Under the pieces are notes generated by a model. It saw only the letters and a program-made list of their open reading frames with translations. It ran no database searches and was not told the DNA's origin. Positions 10,336 to 21,646 of a stretch of DNA of 64,000 bases are shown here, in pieces. The position numbers and the translations under genes are program-made. Source of the stretch: Mantamonas sphyraenae STR306 (taxonomy: Eukaryota > Protista > CRuMs); NCBI GenBank assembly GCA_026936335.1, contig JAPMXV010000050.1, forward strand, positions 124,001 through 188,000. Reading direction: 5' to 3'. The stretch's first letter is position 1. Every line of letters starts with the position of its first letter.

Positions 10336-13158
10336 TCACTGAATGGTGTTGATCACCGTAAACTCACGGTGCGTGTCCTCCACCACGGCCTCCTTGAGCC
10401 GTTCAAAGCTGAGATTCTTGCGTGTGATGATACCCACGACGCGGTGTTGGTTGTCGACGACAAGGAGGTGGCGCATGCCCAGGTTGCGAAAGAGTGTAAA
10501 CGTACTGCCCAGATTCGTGCACGGCGCCACCGTGTGCGGACTGGGATTCATGTACCTGCGCAGATCCACAATGTCGTCGTAGTGACTGCCCTTGATGTTG
10601 ATGTCCGACAGGCTCAGGTAGCGCGGATAGTGCTCCGCAAACGCCTCCCACGACAGCAACGGCGCGTGTGCAGCCTCCACTGCGCTCGAGTAGTACTCCT
10701 TGTTGTACAGCAGTGTGTAGAGCTGGGAGCGCAGGATGATGCCCGACACGTGTTGGGACCCCTCCAGGCCCGGTTCGACACTGACACACGGGAAGCCGTT
10801 GTGCCTGTTGCTTTCCAACACACGCAGCAGGTTGCCCACAGTGTCCACCTCGTTCACATACACCACAGGCTGCGTCATCACGTCCTGTGCCTGTAGGAAC
10901 TGCATGGCTCCATGCGGCACCCACTCCAGGAACGGAATGTGCTTCAACTCAATGTGAATGTCATACAGGCCCCGGTTGAACAGGTCTCCCACCCACTTGG
11001 CCACCATGATGGTCATCATCAGCGGCAAACCGTACGTGATGTCGTTGGTGCTCTCCAGGATAATCACCGTCAGCGAAATGGTCATGCGCACGACGCCTCC
11101 AAGCATGGCCGCCGCGCCAATCAGCGCATACGTGCCAGCGTCGATGTCCAGCTCGGGGAAGAAGAGCGAGAGCAGACGACCAAACATGCGGCCCATGGCA
11201 CAGCCAATGAGCAGGGTGGGCAGAAACAGACCGGCAGGCGTCGCGGCGCCGTAGGTGCAGCACGCCAGGCAGAACGAGACAATGGTGAACACGAGAAGGG
11301 TGGACACGGAAAACTCGCCTGTGTTGTGGAACAGCTGCTTGATGGCGTCTTCGCTGGTGGTAAACACAATCGTGGCCATGTCGTTGTAGTAGCCCTCGGG
11401 GCAGAAGAACTGGTGCAGGGTGGTTTCAAACGGCACCACCGCAGGCATGGGCTTGCACTGATAAAACACAAGGGGCATCATGTACGTGAGACAGGCAGTG
11501 AGGGTGGCCAGGGCAAACACCTCCAACCACCGGTGGAAGCGGCTGGTCACATGTTTCATGCGAAACATCGTCAGGCGTGTGTTGATGGCGTTGAACAGCG
11601 CACCCATGCAACCACCCAACACACCCAGAAACAGAAACAGTGGCAATTCCCAGATGCGGTACCCCTGCTGCGGGTTGCCTGCAAACGAGCCAAAGTTGAT
11701 CAGACCCGGGTTGGACAAGTCGCCCCACTTGCCCTTGTAGCCACTGAGGAACAGGTTCAACGTGAACGACGAGATCATGGAGCAGAAAAAGGTCTTCCAC
11801 GTCAACGGCTGGTCCCAAAACGAGGACCCCTCCTCCAGGGAGAACAGCACCCCTCCAATGGGTGCCCCAAACGCAGCAGACACCCCCGCTGCCGCACCCA
11901 TGCTCACAAACCGCACCTTGTGGTTGTCATTGCGAAAGTTCTTCAGCACCTTGGTTTCAATGGGCATGGACGACGACTTGCCCTGCGTCACACCCGCGGC
12001 AATGATCGCTCCAGAATGAATCATGGGTCCCTCCTTGCCCAGCAACGCCCCACTGGCCACACTCAACATAATGCCCACCGCCTTCACAAGCAGTGTCTTG
12101 AAGCGAAGGATCCGCGGCAGACGCAGCGAATTGAGAAACACCTTCAGTTCCGGAATGCCCGAGCCCGCTGCCACCGGCTCAATGAACGCCACCATGAATC
12201 CGGACAGCGAGAACATGCACACAGACATCGAAAAGTACACAAGGAATGGAAGCATGCTGTTGGGTCCATTCGCATACAGCAGATTCAGCGTCGACGAGAA
12301 CTTCCACGTTTTCAGCAGGCTCACACCCAGATCGATCCTGTCATGGGATCATGGGAGGAGGAAGGTGGGACACACACACAAGGGTGTGTAAGGGAGGGGT
12401 GTGTCAGTGCATGGTACGCAGACTTGTGATTGCCGTGTCGTGTGTGCTTTGGGGAAGGCAAGGCGGAAAGCGCAGGCACAGCAGAGGAGGAATCACAACA
12501 CGTACAAAAACGCCACCAAACCTGTGAGGGCACCAATGACAACTGCCAACACCCACACCTGCAGCTCCTCGTACTTGTACAAGCCTGTAGCAGTGTGGAT
12601 GGCAATGTGCAGTGCGGAGCGAGGAGTCAGCAAGCGCAAAAAGAAAAGATCCATGCAAGGCCCCACTCGGCATCATCATCATCCACGCGCCGCAACAACC
12701 CACCATTCTTCTCTTTGTCCACCATGGCCTGGTCAGCCACTTCGTTCTGGATCACCTCGTAGTCCAAACTCTGAGCAGGTGAGGGAATGGACGGTTGGAC
12801 GCTGTCAGTACGCCAATGGACGTGTGTGGGTGGACCAAGACATGCGTCGCGGAACGGAACGGCACGGCGGCGGCGGCGTCCACACACTCACCTCGAGACT
12901 GTCGATGAACTGCTTCTGCTGTTCGGTGGGTGGTGGGAAGTGATGGTGCAAGGAGATGAGGTCGACATCGATGCGACGCTTGCGCAGCAGGGCCTTTTGC
13001 GGATCGTCCGCCTGGAATCGTTCCGTGGTCGACGAGGCACGCGAGCGACCCGTGTTGTACGCCGCTCCATCCACCAACTCTCCGCTCTGTCCTCCTCCTC
13101 CTTGTCCCTCGTCCGACGACACTGAAGGATCTTGGTTGCCCAGCAACGAGTCCTGCAT
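10336..13158 (-). CDS. CLC-family Cl-/H+ antiporter (CLC-6/7/ClC-d-like) with C-terminal CBS domains, 804 aa; exons 13158-12892, 12770-12704, 12584-12506, 12337-10336
   Basis: Motifs ESLDYE, GSGIPE, GKEGP (gating Glu), GGVLFSLEE (proton Glu), GLFLP and GLYD, plus CBS motifs HNGFP and RHLLVVD. Three GT-AG introns restore the frame (2415 nt). Confidence 0.93.
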
Positions 13159-13278
13159 GTCGACAAACAGTGTGTGTGTTGCGTGCCCCAGCGCCAGCGC
13201 AACCAAGCACCGCACACACACACAACTCACAACTCACTTGGGAATCGTTTACACAACGTTCCCCATCGACTCATTCTA

Positions 13279-14448
13279 ATGTCGTCTGTGGGTGGTGCTT
13301 CTTCATCCATGACTACGGTGGAGGAGGTGGAGGAGGAGGAAACACCCGTTCGCCATTGGATGCCCCTCCTGCAGCTCATGTCGTTGCAATTGCAACGGGA
13401 ATTCTTGCGCCATCGCATACGAAGGTTGTACCTGGTGGATGTGCAACTGACCAACGAGGTGTGCTTCTTGCTGGCGGAGGAGTTTGCCAGCGGACGCAAC
13501 CAGTTGTTCGACACGCTATACCTGCGCAATGCCGGACTGGACGACGCCATGCTTGCGCCCATTCTGGTTGCTCTGCAACATGACACAGCACTGCAGGTGT
13601 TGGACATCCAACGCAACGACAAGTTGACGCAGGTGACGGTGTGGACCTGCACGGAACTGGTGCTCACAAACCGCTCCCTGTGCCAACTGCGCATGGATCG
13701 TCGACTGGACGACGTGGCACTCTCCCAAACCAGCATCAACACCCTTCTGCAAACAAACAAGGAAAACGCAGAGGAGTTTGGCCGTGCTTGCGAGGTCGGG
13801 GATTTGCAGCGTGTACGGGAACTTCGCTCACTCGGCGTTTCCGTCAATGCCAACCCCGGCGGCGGTGGCAAGCCTCCTGTGCGACGTGCCATGGATGCAG
13901 GGCATGCTGTGTTGGTGCAATTCCTCTTGCAAGAGGGTGCAGACGCAGACCAGCTGGTCACCAAAGCCACACGCGATGGCCTCCCAGACATGCTTCTGCT
14001 TGCCCTGCTCCACGGCGCTGAACCGCCGCCATTGAACAGTGGCAAGCTTCACTTTGAACAGGGCCAATCCGACGTGTGTAGGGCCCTTCTCAAGGGATGG
14101 GAGAACGATGATCTCAGCCAGTGGTGGACACAATACGGGTTCCAGGTGGCTCGAAACATGGGCGGGGTGGCTGTCAATTGGACACCCGAGGTGCACTTGT
14201 GTGTGACCCAGGCTGTGGACATGCAGATTGAACTGTGCATGGTCATGAATGACACCGAAGAGGAGGAACTCTTTGCTGTCGGCCACATCGACGACTACAC
14301 ACCCACCGCTCTGTGGCATGTCATGCCCATCGAAATCCTCGATCGCATCCTGGCCTATGTCGGTGCCGTCATGGATGTGCAGGACGTGCAACCGGCGGGC
14401 AAATCAACGGGGGGCAAATCATCCAATTCGTCCTGCAGTGTGCAATAG
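13279..14448 (+). CDS. LRR + ankyrin-repeat protein with C-terminal F-box-like motif and CaaX box, 389 aa
   Basis: RNI-type LRRs (TLYLRNAGLDD, LQVLDIQRN), ankyrin repeats (ACEVGDLQRVREL, GHAVLVQFLLQEGAD), LWHVMPIEILDRILAYV, and terminal CSVQ-stop. Confidence 0.75.
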   Translation: MSSVGGASSSMTTVEEVEEEETPVRHWMPLLQLMSLQLQREFLRHRIRRLYLVDVQLTNEVCFLLAEEFASGRNQLFDTLYLRNAGLDDAMLAPILVALQHDTALQVLDIQRNDKLTQVTVWTCTELVLTNRSLCQLRMDRRLDDVALSQTSINTLLQTNKENAEEFGRACEVGDLQRVRELRSLGVSVNANPGGGGKPPVRRAMDAGHAVLVQFLLQEGADADQLVTKATRDGLPDMLLLALLHGAEPPPLNSGKLHFEQGQSDVCRALLKGWENDDLSQWWTQYGFQVARNMGGVAVNWTPEVHLCVTQAVDMQIELCMVMNDTEEEELFAVGHIDDYTPTALWHVMPIEILDRILAYVGAVMDVQDVQPAGKSTGGKSSNSSCSVQ

Positions 14449-14481
14449 AGACCTCACATGTGTCCCCTCTCTCTCTCTCAT

Positions 14482-16389
14482 TCACCACAACGTCCATCCA
14501 TCCACCACAGTGCCTGTGCGATCCAAGGCAGCGCCACATTGCTCATAATCGGGCACGTTTCCAGCTTCAGCCGAATGGAATTCCAACGCCCCGAGCTCGT
14601 ACAGACTCACATGCGGCGCATTGCCTCCGTCATACATTCCCACCTTGTGTGTGCATGCACTGAGACGGGTCTCATCGTCGACAAGAGCCTCCAGCTCCTC
14701 CCAATCGCTCTGAAAGTAGGTGAGCACCCCTGGCACCGATGTCATGGGTGCATCACACACAGCCACAGAGGCATCCTTGTTGCGCAGTTCGTCGTTGAAA
14801 CAGGTGCCGTCCTGCCACACCATCAGCACATCCTGTCCATAGCCATCCATGGATGGGGCGTTGCCCGCGGCCACAGGCACTGCTCGTCCAGAGGCAAGGG
14901 TGCCCACGTGGATGACAGCTCCCGGCGCAGAAAAGGCAATTGCCACGTGGCTTCCATTGTCAGCCAGGGTCAATGGCGACGCCACCTGGGCCGTGATGGC
15001 CACACAGGACCACGTGGGTGGTGGTGCATCTCCTCCCACACCCACACCCACATCCACACCCACACCCACACTCCCCTCATGTCGCCATGCCACAAACACA
15101 CACCCGGGCTTGGAGGCCATGGTGGTGGCCATGGCACGTGCGGACAGGGAAAACTGTGCGCAGGTTTCTCCCTGCGGACAAAACGTGCCGTTGTTGAGGA
15201 TGTTGGTCGCATTGGCCACCATCCATCGTCCCGTGTCGTCGCTCAACACAAACCCACTGGCTTGCGTGTCCAATTGCACCGACGTGAGTGTGTTCCAACC
15301 ATCCACCACCGCGGGCATGGCCATCAATCTCCCATCCAGCGGTTCCGTGATCCCCGACGCTTCCGCGCCACCCGCATACATGCGACCCTTGTCATCCTGT
15401 GCATACAGCGTCACAAACAACCCATCCCCATCCAGCGTCAGTTGCGTGTGCGGTATCACCCGTGCGTACGAGGCGTTGAAGAGCAATTCGTTGCGTGCAC
15501 GAGAGAACCCGCGCGCAGGAGACACAAACACCTCGAATTGCAATGGGTCGATGTTGATGGCCATCAACATGCCCCGTGGATTGGTGATGTTGGCCTTCAG
15601 ATACGCGTTGGCAATGCTCAACACGTCTTGCTGTGCGCTGGGTTCCCAGCATTGGAAACGATGGTCCATCGACCCAAACTTGGCATAGTGTTTGTCTGCA
15701 AACATGGCAATCAGCAATCCGGCGTCAAACGGCACTGCCGGTTCGTTCAACACTTGCATGCGTGCGTACACGCCGTCGTTGCTGGTCGCTGGTGCCAAAC
15801 CGTCCCCCTGACTGTTGTATGTGCCTACCAGCGGTTGCCACTTGTTGGCCAGGCACGAACGTGTGCTGTTGTTCGGCACCGCCGCTCCATCCAGCGTCAC
15901 CGTGACTTTGGTGCCCGTGGCAAGCAACCCGGTGACAAACGCATCAAACTGCTCCAGCCACAACGCCGCCTCGGCACTTCCGTCGCATGGATGGCCCTTG
16001 AACGCATATTTGGCACACAGTGCCAGGTCGATGCGCTCCTGTTGGAAGGCAGGCATCGTCGACACGAGGTCAATGAGCTGCTCCGACGAGTTGTACACGC
16101 GCAGGGGCTCCGGGGTGTTGTGGTTCAGCACGATGCACCCGTCGCCATGCTTGCTCGGATCCCACCAGGGTTGGCTCGCACAGAACGACGCATCCATCAC
16201 CGTCGGGTCAATCTTCAAGTAACGTGCCCCTTTGGCGTTGATGGCCACATCCCACTCTCGCAGGTCGTTCCAACTATGGATCTGGAACCCCAGCGTGTCG
16301 CGGATGTCATCAACACCATCTACTGGGCGGCTACACGCAACCACCAGCACAAGCAGCAGTGCAAGGAAGGCTGCTTGTCTATTCTTCAT
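14482..16389 (-). CDS. Secreted protein, probable PLC-like phosphodiesterase (TIM-barrel) N-terminal domain
   Basis: Signal peptide MKNRQAAFLALLLVLVVACS. FQIHSWND ... GARYLKID ... VLNHN resembles the two-His PI-PLC/GDPD-like active-site pattern. The function is inferred. Confidence 0.6.
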   Translation of the reverse strand: MKNRQAAFLALLLVLVVACSRPVDGVDDIRDTLGFQIHSWNDLREWDVAINAKGARYLKIDPTVMDASFCASQPWWDPSKHGDGCIVLNHNTPEPLRVYNSSEQLIDLVSTMPAFQQERIDLALCAKYAFKGHPCDGSAEAALWLEQFDAFVTGLLATGTKVTVTLDGAAVPNNSTRSCLANKWQPLVGTYNSQGDGLAPATSNDGVYARMQVLNEPAVPFDAGLLIAMFADKHYAKFGSMDHRFQCWEPSAQQDVLSIANAYLKANITNPRGMLMAINIDPLQFEVFVSPARGFSRARNELLFNASYARVIPHTQLTLDGDGLFVTLYAQDDKGRMYAGGAEASGITEPLDGRLMAMPAVVDGWNTLTSVQLDTQASGFVLSDDTGRWMVANATNILNNGTFCPQGETCAQFSLSARAMATTMASKPGCVFVAWRHEGSVGVGVDVGVGVGGDAPPPTWSCVAITAQVASPLTLADNGSHVAIAFSAPGAVIHVGTLASGRAVPVAAGNAPSMDGYGQDVLMVWQDGTCFNDELRNKDASVAVCDAPMTSVPGVLTYFQSDWEELEALVDDETRLSACTHKVGMYDGGNAPHVSLYELGALEFHSAEAGNVPDYEQCGAALDRTGTVVDGWTLW

Positions 16390-19207
16390 TGCTGAGATGC
16401 TCTGGCTCATCCTGGGCGGCGACCAGGTCTCCTGCCTCCAACACCAACCCTCCCACTCTTGCTCTCCTCTTGCCATCCATGCCGTTGATGACTTGCCACA
16501 ATGTGTTGACCGCTGCTGTGCGCAACTCGTCGGTGGGCATTCCTTTGATTTGGCCCACCACAGTGTGCCACACGTCCTGCACACGCTCCTCCGGCACGCT
16601 GCCCAGCATGGCCATGGTACACAGCATGCCTGTGGCCCCTCGTTCCTCCACGGCACCCAACAGTGCATCCACGGCCTCGTGCTGGCAGGCTGCCGCATCG
16701 TGCAACAACGCCGCAGCGTCCGTCATGCTCACGTCATCCAACAAACGTGCAACGACACGCGTGCACGTCTCACCCCCATCTGCCATGCCACGCAGCAGCT
16801 GCGACTGCATCACAGCACGCCAAACGCCAACCACACGAGGCACACGCATCGCGTTGACACTTTCAATCAGAGGGAGAAGCCTCGACATCACAGCGTCTTG
16901 CACTGTGTGCACCGCCTCTGTAGGCCATTGCCACACATGCACTCGCTTGAGGGCACTTGACAGGGCGTGCAAGTGTGCATCGATGCGTTCGGCGGTGGCT
17001 TCTGCCTCGTCACCAGCGTCGGGAACCCTGGTCAACAGATCCATCACAGTCAGCATCACGCCATGCTGACCCTGCTCATCACACAGGGCGTGTACGGCAG
17101 TACGGACGCCCGAGGACCCACGCGTGCCTGCCATTCGCCTAGCGTAGGCCATGGCAAGCAGAATGCGAAGGCACTGCCGACGCTGCTGGCTCGAACAAAC
17201 GTCCTGCACGATGTTGACCAGGTGACACGTGACCACCACACCCAATTGCCACCACAGACTGCGGTGTGCACTTGCCATCGCGCGTGTGGCCTCGGCCTTG
17301 CTCCGATGTGCCTCAAAGTGCACCTCCGCCAGCAGTTCCAACGAGTCCAACACGTGTCCACGTGCCTCCTCATCCACAGGTTCAGCAGCAAACGCTGCAG
17401 CCAGAGCACGGGTCATTGCATACACCTGCTTGACGAGGGGATGACTCACCGTGCGCGCCACATGTGTGTGCCACTCCTTCTCGTCCTCGCTCAGCTGCAC
17501 CTCCCACAGCCACGTCATATCGCACACATCCATCAGCAGACAATCGCGCAACACGCACATCAACGCAGGCCTGTCACTCGTGTGCACGCAGCCTATGCAT
17601 TGGCCCAGGGCCAATCCCAGGCTCAAGCGCATGCTCGCGTCCCCTGTACACTCCACCCACTCTACCAATGCCTGCATATGGCCCGCAAACAGGCCGTAGA
17701 TGTCCATGCTTGCGTACCTGCGCATCACGTCAGAGTTGCCGTCCCACAGCGCACGCACGTGGTCCACATCCGCCAGGTCGCTCAGGTGCGATGCACCCAC
17801 CTCCACGGGATCCTGCAGTTCGCTGTGGATGCCATGCAGCAGACCACTCACCGCATACCATCGTGCATGCCAAAGTCGCGGGGCGTTGTGTGTCTGCTTG
17901 GCTATCCTGGGGGTGTGTTGTGTGTTGTGTGCCACGAGCGTATGCACCCACGGTGCAAGTTGCACCTTGCCGTCCAGCAGTTTGTGGATGTCCGACACGT
18001 ACGCCAGTTGTTGGCCCACGTGTGTGTAAATGTGATGCAGCAGCAGGCCTCGTGTGTGCATCTGTGTATCCGTGGGTGATGTGTGCTCCTCCAACACCTG
18101 CAGCAAGGCCGTGTGTACCTCCAGACCCAGCTGAGTATGCGCCTCCCCTTCCACTCCGCTCAGGAACAATCCACTGCCGGCGCACGCGTACTGCAGACTT
18201 GCCTCGTGCAGCGTCGCCGCGCGCCCCAACTGCGTGCACAGCAGCTCACACGCAGCCCATTTCTCATGCACCAGGCCACTCACCGCACCTGCACACAGCA
18301 CACTGTGCGACACCATCAGCACCGTGGCCGCGGGGCATCGACTCAGCGCGAGCAGGGTTTCGAGCAAACCGGGTCCGTGAACAGCCCACGACTCAACCCA
18401 CGCGGTTGCGTCGTCGGTCCCATCCTCCTCCCCATCGCCTTTGTCCCACGCCGCTGCCTCGCAGTCCACATGGCTGCACATGCCCACCGCTTCGCTGGCC
18501 TGCATACGTCGCGCGTACACCGCGGCGCTTGTCAGGATTTTCAAGGCGTCCACAAGAGCGGTGAGCGATGTCCGCTTCAAACCGGCCTCTTCCAACGCCT
18601 CGAGAAACGTGTGGCCCTTCCCTCGCACCCTCACCCTGTACAATTGGTCTGTGTACACCTGCACCGCCTGCACCGCCGTGGCCACCACCGACACAGGTAA
18701 CACCGAGCCACGCTGCAGCGCAAGTTCGCGGAGGAACAGCACACGCAGCTCCTCGCTGTGCCACACTGCCGTCTGCAGCTGCCTGGCACAATGGGCCACG
18801 CTGTACACCCCGGCCGCACCGTACATGTCCCTGCGTCGTTCCACACACGCCAGCACATGGGCCTCTTGCCACGCCACAGCCACTTCGTCCTCTGCGTCTT
18901 CCACCACCAGGGTCGACTGCAGTGCCTCTTTGTCCTGCACGCTGTCCAGCGCACGTGTCACCTCCTCCTCTCTGTTCACTGCCTCTTTGTCACTCTCTTG
19001 CAGCCATTTCCGCAGACGAGGTGCCCGCAGAGCGAACCTGCCGCCGCCGCCGCCCCCCGCTGCTGCTGCCAGATGCTCGGCCACCACTGCTGCACGTGCT
19101 GCCTCCTTCACCTTGCCCTCGCGTGCCAGCGTGTACGCACGCTGCACCCACCCTCGCACGCTTTGTGTCTCCTCCACCACCTCCTCCTTTTCTTCCTCAT
19201 TGCTCAT
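16379..19207 (-). CDS. Uncharacterised alpha-helical (ARM/HEAT-like) protein, ~942 aa
   Basis: Long intronless ORF with typical codon usage. The start MSNEEEKEE lies head-to-head with HSP60. No family recognised. Confidence 0.7.
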   Translation of the reverse strand: MSNEEEKEEVVEETQSVRGWVQRAYTLAREGKVKEAARAAVVAEHLAAAAGGGGGGRFALRAPRLRKWLQESDKEAVNREEEVTRALDSVQDKEALQSTLVVEDAEDEVAVAWQEAHVLACVERRRDMYGAAGVYSVAHCARQLQTAVWHSEELRVLFLRELALQRGSVLPVSVVATAVQAVQVYTDQLYRVRVRGKGHTFLEALEEAGLKRTSLTALVDALKILTSAAVYARRMQASEAVGMCSHVDCEAAAWDKGDGEEDGTDDATAWVESWAVHGPGLLETLLALSRCPAATVLMVSHSVLCAGAVSGLVHEKWAACELLCTQLGRAATLHEASLQYACAGSGLFLSGVEGEAHTQLGLEVHTALLQVLEEHTSPTDTQMHTRGLLLHHIYTHVGQQLAYVSDIHKLLDGKVQLAPWVHTLVAHNTQHTPRIAKQTHNAPRLWHARWYAVSGLLHGIHSELQDPVEVGASHLSDLADVDHVRALWDGNSDVMRRYASMDIYGLFAGHMQALVEWVECTGDASMRLSLGLALGQCIGCVHTSDRPALMCVLRDCLLMDVCDMTWLWEVQLSEDEKEWHTHVARTVSHPLVKQVYAMTRALAAAFAAEPVDEEARGHVLDSLELLAEVHFEAHRSKAEATRAMASAHRSLWWQLGVVVTCHLVNIVQDVCSSQQRRQCLRILLAMAYARRMAGTRGSSGVRTAVHALCDEQGQHGVMLTVMDLLTRVPDAGDEAEATAERIDAHLHALSSALKRVHVWQWPTEAVHTVQDAVMSRLLPLIESVNAMRVPRVVGVWRAVMQSQLLRGMADGGETCTRVVARLLDDVSMTDAAALLHDAAACQHEAVDALLGAVEERGATGMLCTMAMLGSVPEERVQDVWHTVVGQIKGMPTDELRTAAVNTLWQVINGMDGKRRARVGGLVLEAGDLVAAQDEPEHLSNEE

Positions 19208-19275
19208 CTTTGTGGCAAATTGCTGGCAGCTCCAGCGCAGCCACCGAAAACTCAACAACCTCGAAAGACACGTCA

Positions 19276-21510
19276 ATGTTTGCCAGGAACGCAAAGGTAG
19301 GTGCCCTGCATGCTGCGCATCCACATCACCATGGTCTCGTGCCCACCAAACTGCCCTTTGTGTGCACGCGAGTGTGCGCATGGGCTTGGCTTGCGAGGTG
19401 GGGAGGAGCGCGCACATGCTGTGGGAGCTGCGGACGCGGACGGAAAGCGGAAAATCCACCGAAGCAGCTCTGCGCCTCCAACATCCCTTTGGCATGAGGC
19501 CAGACACACACCACAGCGTCGTTGGCATGCCCATGCATTGTGGCCACGCAACCGTGTCACTCACACCGTGTGCAGAAGGGACTCGCTCTGCTGCCCAAGG
19601 CTTCCAACCATGTCAACGTCGCGGCTGCCGCTGCGCTGTCCACCAGCGCCTCTGCCCTCTACCCGGGTAAGGAGATCAAGTTTGGTGTTGACGCACGCTC
19701 CAAGATGCTTGCCGGTGTCGACCAGCTCGCCGACGCCGTCCAGGTTACTCTGGGACCCAAGGTAGGTGCCATTTCATCGAGGGCGGGTTTTAACAACTCC
19801 CGCTCCGATTTTTTTCCGTCCTTGCATTTCTCCGTTCAAACGGGGCCTTTGCTCCGAGGGGTGGGCCACATGGACACTGACATGGAAGGACACCCCACGT
19901 GCGGAAAATGCTCCGTGGACCCATTGTTGTGGATGGTGGGTGGGTGACAACACACACAGGGCCGCAACGTGGTGCTGGAACAGGCGTTTGGCTCGCCGAA
20001 GATCACCAAGGATGGTGTGACGGTGGCCAAGCACGTGGAGTTTGAGGACAAGTACGAAAACCTGGGTGCGCAGCTGGTTAAGGATGTGGCCAGCAAGACC
20101 AACGACGTGGCAGGCGATGGCACGACGACGGCAACGGTGCTGACGCGTGCGATCTACTCGGAGGCATGCAAGGCGGTGGCGGCGGGCATGAACCCGACGG
20201 ACCTGCGACGCGGCATCAACCTGGCCACGACGGCACTTGTGGAACAGCTGCAGAAGGCAAGCACGGCGGTGACCAGCAATGATGCAGTGAAGCAGGTGGC
20301 CACCATTTCGGCCAACGGCGACACGGAGATTGGTGCGCTGATTGCCTCGGGCATGGAGAAGGTGGGCTTCGAGGGAGTCATCACCGTGACGGAGGGCAAG
20401 AGCCTGGAGAACGAACTGGAGCACATTGAGGGCATGAAGTTTGATCGTGGCTTCATCTCAGCCTACTTTGTGACGGACCAGAAGAGCCAGAGTGTGGTGC
20501 TGGAGAACCCGCTGATCCTGCTGGTGGAGAAGAAGGTCAGCAACTTCAAGAGCATCGTCAACGTCGTCGAGGCTGCCGTGGGCATGCAGCGTCCCATCCT
20601 CTTTATTGCCGAGGATGTGGAGAGTGAAGCCCTGGCCTCGCTGGTCATCAACAAGATGCGCGGCATCGCCCAGGTGGCCGCCGTCAAGGCCCCGGGCTTT
20701 GGCGAGAACCGCAAGGCCACCCTGCAGGACATTGCCATCATGACCGGTGGCCGTGTGGTGAGCGAGGAGCTTGGTCTGAAGCTGGAGGATGCCACCCCGG
20801 AGTGGTTGGGTCAGGCCAAGAAGGTGGAAATCACCAAGGACAGCACCCTGATCCTGGACGGCCAAGGCGACAAGGCCGCCCTTGCCGAGCGTTGTGACCT
20901 GATCAAGGAGTCCATCAACAAGACGACGTCGGAGTACGAGAAGGAGAAGCTGCAGGAGCGTCTGGCCAAGCTGCAGGGTGGTGTGGCTGTGCTCAAGGTG
21001 GGTGGGGCCTCCGAGGTGGAGGTGGGTGAGATCAAGGACCGCGTGGTGGATGCACTCAACGCCACACGCGCGGCTGTGGAGGAGGGCATTGTGGCAGGCG
21101 GTGGATCTGCACTGCTGCACGCCTCCAAGGTCCTGGACACTCTCGAGGGCGACAACTTTGACCAGAACATTGGCATCAAGACGGTGCAGAAGGCCGTGCG
21201 CTACCCGACCAAGCAGATTGCCACCAACGCAGGCGAGCAGGGCGACGTGGTCGTGGGCAAGCTCCTCGAAGTGGACGACGTCAACATGGGCTTCAACGCA
21301 GCCGTCAGCGAGTACGTCAACATGGTGGAGAGCGGCATTGTCGACCCCACCAAGGTTGTGCGCACTGCCCTCCTTGACGCTGCCTCTGTTGCTTCCCTGA
21401 TGGCCACCACCGAGGCTGCCATCGTCGACCTCCCGGAGAAGGAGGGTGGCGGAGGCATGGGCGGCATGGGCGGCATGGGTGGAATGGGCGGCATGGGCGG
21501 CATGATGTAA
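19276..21510 (+). CDS. HSP60: Mitochondrial chaperonin 60, 585 aa; exons 19276-19296, 19576-19761, 19960-21510
   Basis: Transit-peptide-like [28 protein letters not shown]|[23 protein letters not shown] and a GGM-repeat tail. Two GT-AG introns keep the frame. Confidence 0.97.
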
Positions 21511-21646
21511 ATCCTATGCCCCATTTGGCTCCGTGTGTGCCCCGTTTTTCTTCGTTGCAGAACAACAATGCAATTTTGATCGAATGCTTCCAAAAAAACA
21601 CCCTTTTGCATTCATTGTTGGTTGCACACACATGTGCAGCATCCAC

